This document shows positions 38,660 to 49,211 of a stretch of 64,000 nt of DNA, piece by piece. The notes beneath the pieces are model-generated. The model was not told the DNA's origin. It worked only from the letters and a program-made list of their open reading frames with translations, and searched no databases. Numbering within the stretch: the first letter of the stretch is position 1; each line of letters begins with the position of its first letter. The stretch is from Acidobacteriota bacterium. Lineage in GTDB: Bacteria > Acidobacteriota > UBA890. Position numbers and translations under genes: made by a program. The stretch is from NCBI GenBank assembly GCA_036398215.1, contig DASWHK010000258.1, positions 12,700 through 76,699 on the forward strand. The letters are read 5' to 3'.

Positions 38660-39340
38660 TTATCGGGGGCGCTCCCCGAAGATTGCCGTCCCGACGCGTA
38701 CGATCGTAGCGCCTTCCTCGATGGCGACCTCGAAATCGCCGCTCATCCCCATCGACAATCCTAGCTCCCCGAGCGCCGGCTCGGCGCGCTGCACCCGATC
38801 CCGCAGCTCGCGGAGGCCGGCGAAATAGGGCCGCGCCGCCTGCGGATCGGGATCATAGGGGGCCATGCGCATCAGGCCGCGCAGCGACAGCCCCTCAGCG
38901 ACGGCGACCGCACGGCAGAGCGTCGCCACCTCGTCGATCGTCCGGCCGTCCGCGGCCTCGGCATCCACCTGCACGTAGATTCCGATCGCCCGGCCGTCCG
39001 CGGCCGCGGCGCTCGCGAGCCGCCCCACCAGCTCGGTGCGGCTCAGCGAGTGGATGGTGTCGAAAAGCCTGGCGGCCAGCGCCGCCTTGTTGCTCTGCAG
39101 GGGGCCTATGAAGTGCCACTCGGCCGCGCCGCGGACGAGCGGCATCTTCTCGTCGGCCTCCTGGACCCGGCTCTCGCCGAGCCGGCGGACGCCGGCGGCG
39201 ATGGCGGCGTCGATCCTCTCGGGACCGACCCGCTTGGAGACGGCGAGCAGCTCGACGGCGGCCGGATCGCGTCCGGCGCGCCTCGCGGCGGCCTCGATGC
39301 GCTTCCGAACCGCCTCCAGATTGGCGCCGATGTCACCCAT
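38660..39340 (-). CDS. yggS: YggS-family pyridoxal-phosphate homeostasis protein
   Basis: AVSKRVGPERI (PLP lysine), TIM-barrel alanine-racemase N-domain family; start MGDIGANLEAV at 39340 is preferred over the Arg-rich ORF-track extension. Confidence 0.8.
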   Translation of the reverse strand: MGDIGANLEAVRKRIEAAARRAGRDPAAVELLAVSKRVGPERIDAAIAAGVRRLGESRVQEADEKMPLVRGAAEWHFIGPLQSNKAALAARLFDTIHSLSRTELVGRLASAAAADGRAIGIYVQVDAEAADGRTIDEVATLCRAVAVAEGLSLRGLMRMAPYDPDPQAARPYFAGLRELRDRVQRAEPALGELGLSMGMSGDFEVAIEEGATIVRVGTAIFGERPR

Positions 39341-39515
39341 TCCGGGGGATGGTAGCATCGGCCGCCAAGGTCGTCGCCGCGCCGGGAAACGGACGTTACC
39401 AGGGCTTCGGGCAGGGGAGAGAAGGCGCCGGGGTCCGGCACTCGTACGCTCCATTCATGCGGACGCAAGCCGGCTGGCAGTCGCCGGGGCAGTCTGCCAG
39501 AGGAGGTCCTGGTGG

Positions 39516-39542
39516 TGAAACAACCCCGGCTGTCCGGCCGTA
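39516..39542 (+). promoter_or_regulatory. ECF-type (sigW-like) promoter TGAAAC-N17-CGTA upstream of the ECF sigma gene (probable autoregulation)
   Basis: ggtggTGAAACaaccccggctgtccggcCGTAaaac lies 25-50 nt before the sigma ATG; matches the B. subtilis sigW-type consensus. Confidence 0.45.
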
Positions 39543-39565
39543 AAACTACCGGTGATGGCTAGTTA

Positions 39566-40156
39566 ATGGACCAGGACGATCGAGCGATCGTTGCCGCGGT
39601 GCTCGGAGGCCAGCAACACCGCTTCGCGGAGCTGGTCACGCGTTACCAGTCTCAGATCGTCAACTACGTTTGCCGGATGCTGGGGAACTACGAGGATGCC
39701 GTGGACCTGTCACAAGACGTGTTTCTGAAGGCCTACTCGGCTCTCGGCAGCTACAAGCCGCAGTACCCGTTTGCCGCCTGGCTGTTCCGGATCGCCCGCA
39801 ACGCGGCGATCGACGAGATCCGCAAGCGCCGAGTGGTCACGGTGTCGTTGGATGCCCCGGTGGAGCTCGAAGACGGCTCGGTCGGCCGCGAGGTCGAATC
39901 CCCCGGCCTCGACCCGGAGGAGGCCTACCTCGGCGTCGAGCTCGGCGACCGGGTCTCGGCGGCGATCGACGAGCTACCGGAGAAGTACCGCGAAGCGATC
40001 ATCTTGCGCCACGCGGCCGAGCTGTCCTACGACGAGATCGCCGAGGCCCTGGAGCTGCCGCTCGGCACCGTCAAGACGCGGATCTTCCGCGCCCGCGACG
40101 CCCTGCGGCGGTCGTTGGGCGATCTGCTCGACGACGACTCGGAAAAGGCCACGTGA
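39566..40156 (+). CDS. ECF (sigma-70 group 4) RNA polymerase sigma factor
   Basis: Region 2 (DLSQDVFLKAY) and region 4 (SYDEIAEALELPLGTVKTRIFRAR) motifs; 196 aa. Confidence 0.9.
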   Translation: MDQDDRAIVAAVLGGQQHRFAELVTRYQSQIVNYVCRMLGNYEDAVDLSQDVFLKAYSALGSYKPQYPFAAWLFRIARNAAIDEIRKRRVVTVSLDAPVELEDGSVGREVESPGLDPEEAYLGVELGDRVSAAIDELPEKYREAIILRHAAELSYDEIAEALELPLGTVKTRIFRARDALRRSLGDLLDDDSEKAT

Positions 40157-40161
40157 ACGCC

Positions 40162-40767
40162 ATGACGAGCCAGCAACATCCCGATCGCGACAGCCTCAAC
40201 GCCTATCTCGAGGAAGCGCTGTCGATCGACGCCACCCAGTGGCTCCGCCACCACCTCGCGGGTTGCGGCGAGTGCCGGGCCCGGCTCGAGCAGGAGCGAG
40301 CCTTCCTGCGCCGGCTCGACGGTCTGCGCACGGTCGAGGTGCCGGTGGATTTCACCGCCGGCGTCATGGCGCGGGTGGCGCAATACCCGGCCTACCAGCC
40401 CGCCACCGAGGTGTCCTTGCAACGTCTGGCGGTCTGGGCCGGCAGCCTCGCCGCCTTGCTGGTGCTCGGGCTGGGCATCGGGGGGTGGCTCTTGATGACC
40501 TCGCCGGCCGAGGGTCAGGAGGCGGCGGGGTACGCCTCCAACGGCATCGTCGCCGCGGCCCAGGCCGCCAAGAACGTGTACCTGTGGGGCGTCGAGGCGG
40601 TCGAGACGGCCAGACCGCTGGTGCAACCGATCGGCACGCTGCTGACCGGGATCCTCGAGTATGTCCGCGGCAGCAGCCTGGCGTTCCAGCTCGCCGTGCT
40701 GCTGATCACCGTGGCCCTCAACTACTTGTTCACGCGCATGGTACTCAACTATCAGCGGCGGCAATGA
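40162..40767 (+). CDS. Zinc-finger (HxxxCxxC) anti-sigma factor with one transmembrane segment
   Basis: HLAGCGECRAR zf-HC2 motif, central transmembrane segment (AVWAGSLAALLVLGLGIGGWLL); translationally coupled to the sigma gene (GTG at 40153 is also possible). Confidence 0.7.
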   Translation: MTSQQHPDRDSLNAYLEEALSIDATQWLRHHLAGCGECRARLEQERAFLRRLDGLRTVEVPVDFTAGVMARVAQYPAYQPATEVSLQRLAVWAGSLAALLVLGLGIGGWLLMTSPAEGQEAAGYASNGIVAAAQAAKNVYLWGVEAVETARPLVQPIGTLLTGILEYVRGSSLAFQLAVLLITVALNYLFTRMVLNYQRRQ

Positions 40768-40802
40768 GACCGGAAGGCAGGCGGGCGAGGAGGCGTTGCA
40801 CC

Positions 40803-41942
40803 ATGGTGACATCGACGAGATACGAGGGGGGACTGTCGGCAGGGCGCCGGTTGGCGGGGTTGTTGCCGCTCGTCGCGGCGGCTCTCCTGGCGATGGGCTG
40901 CGTCCAGGTGCAGGCCGCCGACGGCGGCTTCGTGATGGGCGGCAGGATCGTCGTCGAAGAGGGTGAGGTGGCGCGAGACGACATCGTGGCGATCGGCGGT
41001 GCGGTTCGCATCGACGGCCGCGCCACGCGCGACGTGGTCGTCATCGGCGGGCGGCTGGAGGTCAACGGCGAGGTCGAACGCAGCGTCACCAAGGTCGGGG
41101 GAACGCTCATCCTCGGCCCCAACGCCCGCATCGGTCGCGACCTGGTGCAGGTGGGCGGCTCGTTGCGGCGCGCCGCGGGCTCCCGCATCGACGGCGAGCT
41201 CGTCAACGTCAGCATCGGCTACGGCTTCGACAACATGTTCGGCGGCAGCTTCCCGTTCTGGGGGTGGTGGGGCTTGACCCCCTTCGCCTGGTTTGGCCGC
41301 GCCGTCCAGCTCTTCTACTGGCTGATGCTGGCGCTGCTCACCGTCGCCCTCGTCGGCGACCGGGTCTCCGCGGCCAGCCACGCGATCTCGCGCGAGCCGC
41401 TGCGGATCGGCGCGATCGGTCTGCTGGGCTTGTTCGCCCTCTGCTTCGCCTTCGTGGTGCTCGTGGTGCTCTCGTTCCTGATCATCGGGATCCCCTTCTT
41501 GCTGGCGCTGATCTTCGCCTGGTGGCTGGCGTACATCTTCGGCCTGGTCGCCGTCTTCCAGGCGGTGGGCAACCGGGTCATGAACATGGTGGGGCGCCCG
41601 GATGCCACCCAGATCGCCATCGTGCTGTGCGGCGGATTGGTGCTCGGGATGCTGCGCTTCGTGCCGATCGTCGGCAGCGTGATCTGGCTGGTGGCGGCGC
41701 TGGTCGGCCTCGGCTCTGTGTTCGCGACCCGCTTCGGCACCGGTCGTCCATGGGTATACCGCGCGGCCCCGGCGAGTGCGCCGCCGGGAGGCCATCCGCC
41801 GCCCGGAACGCCGCCACCGGGTCCCGCCGTCGGCCCCGTGTCTTCCGAAGGTGGCCCGGGTGACGGCGAGGTGACCTTCGAGGCCGAGCCCACCGCCGAC
41901 CCCTACGACGACGCCGGCGACGAGGATCCGCGCAACGCCTAG
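40803..41942 (+). CDS. Signal-peptide protein with beta-helical bactofilin/DUF4097-like repeat domain fused to a multi-TM C-terminal domain and Pro-rich tail
   Basis: Repeats of the form V.IGG.V.I.G...D..VIGG.L.V.G.V; 4-5 transmembrane helices; third gene of the sigma/anti-sigma module. Confidence 0.6.
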   Translation: MVTSTRYEGGLSAGRRLAGLLPLVAAALLAMGCVQVQAADGGFVMGGRIVVEEGEVARDDIVAIGGAVRIDGRATRDVVVIGGRLEVNGEVERSVTKVGGTLILGPNARIGRDLVQVGGSLRRAAGSRIDGELVNVSIGYGFDNMFGGSFPFWGWWGLTPFAWFGRAVQLFYWLMLALLTVALVGDRVSAASHAISREPLRIGAIGLLGLFALCFAFVVLVVLSFLIIGIPFLLALIFAWWLAYIFGLVAVFQAVGNRVMNMVGRPDATQIAIVLCGGLVLGMLRFVPIVGSVIWLVAALVGLGSVFATRFGTGRPWVYRAAPASAPPGGHPPPGTPPPGPAVGPVSSEGGPGDGEVTFEAEPTADPYDDAGDEDPRNA

Positions 41943-42071
41943 GCCTGGCCTAGGACCGCCACCACGCCCTCGTGAGGACCCGACGGATTCGGAGCGTGGG
42001 GTCGGCGGTCGACGGCAAGGAGGGCGGCCGCATCCGATGCCCCTCCCAGACCCTGGTTTCAGCACGGATTG

Positions 42072-43904
42072 CTAACCCCGGGAAGAGGAGGGAGCGAACA
42101 GCTCCTCCGGGGGCACCGGCGATGCCAGATAGGTCTCGGCCTGTCGCAGGATCACCTGGCCCTTGGCGCCGCCGCGCGGCTTGCGCAGGTGCCGCACCTG
42201 CGTCCAGCGGACGTTCACCTTGGTCGCCGCCCGCGAAGAGCTGAAGTACGCCGCCAGGGCGGCGGCCTCGCGCAGCGAGTCGGGGCTGGGTGCGCCCTGC
42301 CGCCGCGGGTTGCGGATGACGACGTGCGAGCCGGGTCCTTCGGCGTGGAGCCAGAAATCGTGCGGCTTGGCGAGCTTGTGGGTGAGGCGCTCGTTGGCGG
42401 TGGCGCTGCGCCCGACGAGGATCTCGAAGCCGTCGCTGGAACGGTAGGCGACGACCCCGGGGGCCACCTTGCGCCCCGAGGCGCCGGCGATGGGGGCGTC
42501 CGGCGACGTGTCCGCCGCCCGCCGAGGGGCCGAGGGGCCGCCGGCGGCCTTCGGCTCCGGCGCCGCGGCGTCCTCGACCCGAGCTTCGGGCGCCTCCCAG
42601 GCGGTTACCCGCAGATCGACCCGCAACCGCTGGGCCTCGCGAGCCAGGCGCCGCAGGTCGCCCGAGCCGGCGGCCGCCGCGACGCGTTTCCGGAGATCCT
42701 CCAGCTCGTCGATGCGCGCCGTGAGGCGGCGCCGGCGCTCGGCGGTCCGCTGGCCGCTGCGGTCGGCGCGGCGCGCCCGGCGGTAGTAGCGCTGGGCGTT
42801 GTCCACCTGGGAGCGGGCCGGATCCACGGGGATCCGGATCGGCGCCCCGTCCCCGTAGTCGTCGGGCACCTCGACGCTGCCGTCGTGGCGGGGCGCCTCA
42901 GGGTGGGCGAGCAGCAGATCACCCCAGCGGCGATGCAGTTCCGCCTTGCCGGCGCTCTCGAGGTCGCTGGCGACAGCCTCCAGGGTGCGGCGCAGCTTGA
43001 GGGCGGCGATCTCGAGGTCGAGCCCGAGATCACGGCGGGCGGCGGCGCGGGCGACGAGCTCGGAGCGGAGAGGGTAGTAGGCGGCCGCCGCGTCAACGAG
43101 CGAGCCGAAGCGGGTAACCTGCAGCTCGGTACCGGCGGCCTCGAGATGGCGAAGCCCGTAGGGCGCCAGCAGGAATCGCCCGGCGGCCGGCGGCTCGGCG
43201 AGCTCCTCCAGCGGGGCCGGCGAGTAGACGCGGGCGGCCGTCGGCGCCTCGGCCGCCCGGCGCAGCTCCTCTTCGGTCGCCTGCTGCAAGCAAGCTCCGG
43301 CGTCGTGCCGGGCGGCGATCTCGCGGGCGAGCAGCGGCGACATCCCGGCGACCCCACGGAGCAGCCCGCGCGCCAGGGCGTCGGCGTCGGGCGCCTCCGC
43401 CAGGGCCTTCCACTCCGCCCCACCGAGGCTCGAGACCGGGGGCCTGGCATCAGCGCCGGGCGGCATGTAGGGCTCGCCGAGCCCGGGCCGGCCGCGACGA
43501 GGCCGCCAGACCGCCCGCACGTCGCCGCCGGCGTCGACCACGAAGCCGCTGGCACGGCGGGGAATCACCTCGAGGATCAGGCGGGGGGCCCCATCCCCGC
43601 CGCAGCACAGCTCGACGACCCGGTCGCCCCCGATGCAGGCGATCGACTCGATGCGCCGGCCCGAAAGCAGCTTGCGGGCTGCCATCGCGAACGGTGGGGG
43701 TCGCTGGGGGGTGATGTGGGAGCCCGGCCGCTCGTAGAGGTGCGGCAGCTCGGGCTCGGCGCTGAACCAAAGACGCGGCGAGCCGGGGAGGCCGAGGACG
43801 ATCGCCAGGTGGTCGCGGCCGACGCCGTAGGCCTGGTCGATACGGGCGCCCCCTAGCCGCTCGTGCAGCTCGACGACCAGCCTGCGGAGAACCAGCAGAT
43901 CCAC
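42072..43904 (-). CDS. rqcH: NFACT-family RNA-binding protein (RqcH / FbpA-like, ribosome quality control)
   Basis: N-terminal NFACT-N domain, coiled coil, C-terminal NFACT-R/DUF814 (GFEILVGRSATANERLT...FWLHAEGPGSHVV). Confidence 0.8.
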   Translation of the reverse strand: MDLLVLRRLVVELHERLGGARIDQAYGVGRDHLAIVLGLPGSPRLWFSAEPELPHLYERPGSHITPQRPPPFAMAARKLLSGRRIESIACIGGDRVVELCCGGDGAPRLILEVIPRRASGFVVDAGGDVRAVWRPRRGRPGLGEPYMPPGADARPPVSSLGGAEWKALAEAPDADALARGLLRGVAGMSPLLAREIAARHDAGACLQQATEEELRRAAEAPTAARVYSPAPLEELAEPPAAGRFLLAPYGLRHLEAAGTELQVTRFGSLVDAAAAYYPLRSELVARAAARRDLGLDLEIAALKLRRTLEAVASDLESAGKAELHRRWGDLLLAHPEAPRHDGSVEVPDDYGDGAPIRIPVDPARSQVDNAQRYYRRARRADRSGQRTAERRRRLTARIDELEDLRKRVAAAAGSGDLRRLAREAQRLRVDLRVTAWEAPEARVEDAAAPEPKAAGGPSAPRRAADTSPDAPIAGASGRKVAPGVVAYRSSDGFEILVGRSATANERLTHKLAKPHDFWLHAEGPGSHVVIRNPRRQGAPSPDSLREAAALAAYFSSSRAATKVNVRWTQVRHLRKPRGGAKGQVILRQAETYLASPVPPEELFAPSSSRG

Positions 43905-43928
43905 CCGACGTCACCTCGCTCGTTCACG

Positions 43929-43959
43929 AAAAAGGCCCCGTGGCGGCAGCCACGGGGCC
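43929..43959 (-). terminator. Intrinsic terminator on minus strand (GGCCCCGTGGC-tgcc-GCCACGGGGCC then TTTTT)
   Basis: Perfect 11-bp GC stem followed by T5 on the minus strand, 47 nt after the lytic transglycosylase stop. Confidence 0.65.
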
Positions 43960-44005
43960 CATCAAAGCACGCCGGCCGCCGTTTGTGCGGCAGCCGGAAG
44001 GCGGA

Positions 44006-44671
44006 TCAGTTCCGCCGATCGTCGTAGAAATACTCGGCGCGCAGGTTCTCGCTCACCTTGCGGACCTCGCGGGCGAAGCGCGATGGCGGCCGGCCGCGCT
44101 CGAGCAGCAGCTCGTCGAGCTTGCGCGGCCCGACGTTGTAGGCCGCCAGCGCATAGTCGAGGCCCTGCTCGTTGTAGCGCTGCAGCAGCGAGTGTAGATA
44201 CGACGTTCCCAGCAGGATGTTGACCTGTGGATCGGTCAGCAGCCGTTGGCCCTTCCACTTGAGCTCCAGCTCGTCGGCGACGGCCATGGCTGTCGCCGGG
44301 CGCAGCTGCATGAGCCCCACGGCGCCCGCCTCCGACTCCGCGTACACGTCGAAGCGGCTTTCCGTGAAGATCATCGCCAGGATGAGCTCCGGCTGCATGC
44401 CGTAGTGACGGCTGACCTCGATGAGGCTGCGGGCGATCTCCCGCTGCTTGTGGCGCGGAACGTTGATGTTGTTGGCGTCCAGGACGTCGCGGACGCTGGT
44501 CTCGATACGCAACGACTGCAGCTCGGACTCCACCTCGGCGATGGCCTGGTAGTGGGTGTCGCTTTGCCGCCGCAGCTCGTCCAACTCGATGGCTTGATAC
44601 TCCAACGCCTGCACGAGGGCGACACAAAGCCCCATCGCGGCCAGCGTGAGCCACCTCAATGGACTACGCAT
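44006..44671 (-). CDS. Lytic transglycosylase (SLT domain, MltE-like) with signal peptide
   Basis: ESRFDVYAESEAGAVGLMQL SLT catalytic motif; start MRSPLRWLTLAAMG with GAGGAG RBS; the ORF-track N-terminal extension is low-complexity. Confidence 0.75.
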   Translation of the reverse strand: MRSPLRWLTLAAMGLCVALVQALEYQAIELDELRRQSDTHYQAIAEVESELQSLRIETSVRDVLDANNINVPRHKQREIARSLIEVSRHYGMQPELILAMIFTESRFDVYAESEAGAVGLMQLRPATAMAVADELELKWKGQRLLTDPQVNILLGTSYLHSLLQRYNEQGLDYALAAYNVGPRKLDELLLERGRPPSRFAREVRKVSENLRAEYFYDDRRN

Positions 44672-45068
44672 AGTCGTAGCTCCTCGTTGCACGTCGGGTG
44701 CGCACCGGCGCGGATCGGCGGCAAGCACGCGACGTGTGTTTCGTTCGAGTCTTCGAGTTGAACCGGGCACGTTGCTGCCCGGGCTCTGAGGCCGCCGACC
44801 TGGGATGGGCCGTTCGGAAAGCGACTGGCCGGCGACCGGGCCCCCTTGCTCTGGGGCCGTTGTTGTTGATGAGGAAATTCTAGGCATCGGCCGCGGGGGT
44901 GGCAAGCACGCGGCGAGGGGGAACTGACCACCACTGGCGGTAGGCCGGGTCGTCTGCCTGATCAGATGCTTTAATGGGCGTCATTTGTCGATGATGGGCA
45001 TGACTGTGCATTCGGCGGGCCGTTCGAAACCCGCCCAAAGGGCCCCTGGAGGCCTCGGAACCGTCGAG

Positions 45069-45098
45069 TTGACAGCTTCCGCACCGCGCCCCGATAAT
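45069..45098 (+). promoter_or_regulatory. Candidate sigma70 promoter of gap-pgk-tpiA-secG (TTGACA-18-GATAAT)
   Basis: Located ~135 nt upstream of the gap ATG; AAGGAG RBS at the gap start. Confidence 0.45.
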
Positions 45099-45231
45099 CC
45101 CTGACGATCGAGATCGCGCCCGGGGTTCGCCGACCGCGCCGGTAGTACTTCCGAGCCGGGCCCGAAGGGCTGTTGGCGGTGTATGCGCCCTGTCTACCGG
45201 AGCTTTTGAACCGCTTACCAAGGAGTCTCCA

Positions 45232-46239
<1,008 letters not shown>

Positions 46240-46242
<3 letters not shown>

Positions 46243-46290
46243 CCGGCCGTGGTGGAAGTGTGATGGGTCTGGCGCGTGGGTCTTGCGGGT
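46240..46290 (+). repeat. REP-like repeat (tagccggccgtggtggaagtgtgatgggtctggcgcgtgggtcttgcggg); its TAG is the gap stop codon; internal tgggtct duplication
   Basis: See findings. Confidence 0.6.
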
Positions 46291-46332
46291 GACCGCAAGA
46301 AGAGCCGACGCAGGCGATGGCGAAATGTCCCG

Positions 46333-47553
<1,221 letters not shown>

Positions 47554-47620
47554 GCGCCCGGCTACCCCGGCCTGTTAGGCTTCCGGCGGGGGCCGTCGAC
47601 CATCCGGATCTGGAGGCAGA

Positions 47621-48385
47621 ATGAGCGAGCGGACACCCTTCATCGTCGGCAACTGGAAGATGTTCAAGACGATCCCCGAGGCGCGCACGGCGCTGACCGA
47701 GCTGCGCGGCGCTCTGCGCGACGTCGAGGGGGTCGAGTGCGGCGTGGCGCCGTCGTTTCCGGCGCTGGCGGCCGCCGCCGAGGTCCTCCGCGGCAGCAAG
47801 ATCGTGGTGGCCGGCCAGAACCTCTATCCCGAGGACGAGGGACCGTTCACCGGAGAGGTCTCGCCCACCATGCTGCTCGACGCCGGGGCCAGTCACGTGA
47901 TCCTCGGCCACTCCGAGCGCCGTCAGATCTTCGCCGAAGACGACGCCTTCATCTCCCGCAAGCTGGCGGCGGCCGTCAGCCACGGCCTCGTGCCGATCCT
48001 CTGCGTCGGGGAGACGCTCGAACAGCGCGAGGAGGACGAGACCGTCGCCGTCGTCACCTCGCAGCTCGGCAACGGCCTGGCCGGGCTCAGAGGCGCGAAT
48101 CTGGCCGATCTGGTGATTGCCTACGAGCCGGTCTGGGCGATCGGCACCGGGGTGACCGCGACGCCTGCCCAGGCGCAGCAGGTGCACGCGATCATCCGCG
48201 ACTTCCTGGGCGACCTGCTGGGACCGGTCCTAGCCGCCGCGATCAGGATCCAGTACGGCGGCAGCGTCAAGCCCGCAAGCGCCGCCGAGCTGCTCGCCGA
48301 GACCGACATCGACGGCGCCTTGGTGGGCGGCGCCAGCCTCGACCCCGACTCGTTCGCCGCCATCGTCAAGGCGGCTCGCGGCTGA
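47621..48385 (+). CDS. tpiA: Triose-phosphate isomerase
   Basis: FIVGNWKM...GHSERR...YEPVWAIGTG motifs. Confidence 0.95.
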   Translation: MSERTPFIVGNWKMFKTIPEARTALTELRGALRDVEGVECGVAPSFPALAAAAEVLRGSKIVVAGQNLYPEDEGPFTGEVSPTMLLDAGASHVILGHSERRQIFAEDDAFISRKLAAAVSHGLVPILCVGETLEQREEDETVAVVTSQLGNGLAGLRGANLADLVIAYEPVWAIGTGVTATPAQAQQVHAIIRDFLGDLLGPVLAAAIRIQYGGSVKPASAAELLAETDIDGALVGGASLDPDSFAAIVKAARG

Positions 48386-48695
48386 GCGGTCCGCCACGGC
48401 CCCGCAATCGCTGCCGCGCCGGGGCCCACCGGGGGGGGGGCTCCCGGGCCGGGCCGGCGAGCCTGCCAGCGGGCATTCTGGGGCTCTCGAGCGGGCCTGG
48501 GTGCACGTCAGATTTGTGAGATGACGTCACCGGGCGAGTGGGCTTCGTGCGTTGTTGGCGCGGTATCTCTCTGTTAGATTGTTACTCCGAGCTTGCGAGG
48601 GTCGCTCGCTTCTCGTTTTCCCCGGGGCCGAGACAGAGTGGGTTGACGTGTGGTCGCGGCAACCGCGCGGCGGCTCCGCCAGAGAGGGCTTTCCA

Positions 48696-49076
48696 ATGGA
48701 GTTGTTGCTGACCATCCTGCACATTTTCGTCTGCCTGTTTCTGATCTTCGTGGTGCTGCTGCAGTCGGGCCAGGCCGCCGACCTCGCCGGGGCCTTCGGC
48801 GGTGGCGGCAGCCAGACCGCGTTCGGAATGCGGGGCGCCGCGACGTTGCTGCAGAAGCTCACCACGGTGTCGGCGGTGCTTTTCATGCTGACCTCGCTGA
48901 GCCTGGGAATCGTCGGGCGTAGCGAGTCGTCGGTGATCGACGACATCGAGAGCCCACCGCCGGTGAGCGCTCCGGCGGAGGCCGGGCAGCCGCAGGGCGG
49001 CGGCGAGACCGGGCGCGGCCCGCAGCAGCCGGGCCCCGGTGGCGGCGGCTCCGACCCGGGCAGCGGGCGATCCTGA
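48696..49076 (+). CDS. secG: Preprotein translocase subunit SecG (with Gly/Pro-rich C-terminal tail)
   Basis: MELLLTILHIFVCLFLIFVVLLQSG...FGGGG family signature; GAGAGGG RBS; conserved gap-pgk-tpi-secG order. Confidence 0.8.
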   Translation: MELLLTILHIFVCLFLIFVVLLQSGQAADLAGAFGGGGSQTAFGMRGAATLLQKLTTVSAVLFMLTSLSLGIVGRSESSVIDDIESPPPVSAPAEAGQPQGGGETGRGPQQPGPGGGGSDPGSGRS

Positions 49077-49106
49077 GGCGGCGCAGACCCCCGATTCGTA
49101 TCGAGT

Positions 49107-49194
49107 GCCGAGGTGGCGGAATCTGGCAGACGCGCATGGTTGAGGGCCATGTGGGCTTCGGCCCGTGGGGGTTCAAGTCCCCCCCTCGGCACCA
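49107..49194 (+). tRNA. tRNA-Leu (anticodon GAG), long variable arm, encoded CCA
   Basis: GCCGAGGTGGCGGAATCTGG...anticodon loop TTGAGGG...variable arm TGGGCTTCGGCCCGT...GGGGGTTCAAGTCCCCCCTCGGCACCA. Confidence 0.85.
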
Positions 49195-49211
49195 ATTGAC
49201 AGGAGCTTTCC

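Noticed and set aside
41990-42020. GGAGGG...CCCTCC hairpin between the convergent beta-helix gene and rqcH
   Set aside because: No adjacent T-run on either strand; could be a weak bidirectional terminator, but evidence is insufficient.
48503-48533. CRP/FNR-type site within TTTGTGAGATGACGTCAC
   Set aside because: Half-site spacing does not fit TGTGA-N6-TCACA (the second half would need N7 and matches only 4 of 5) and it is not an FNR TTGAT-N4-ATCAA; treated instead as an unassigned shared motif.
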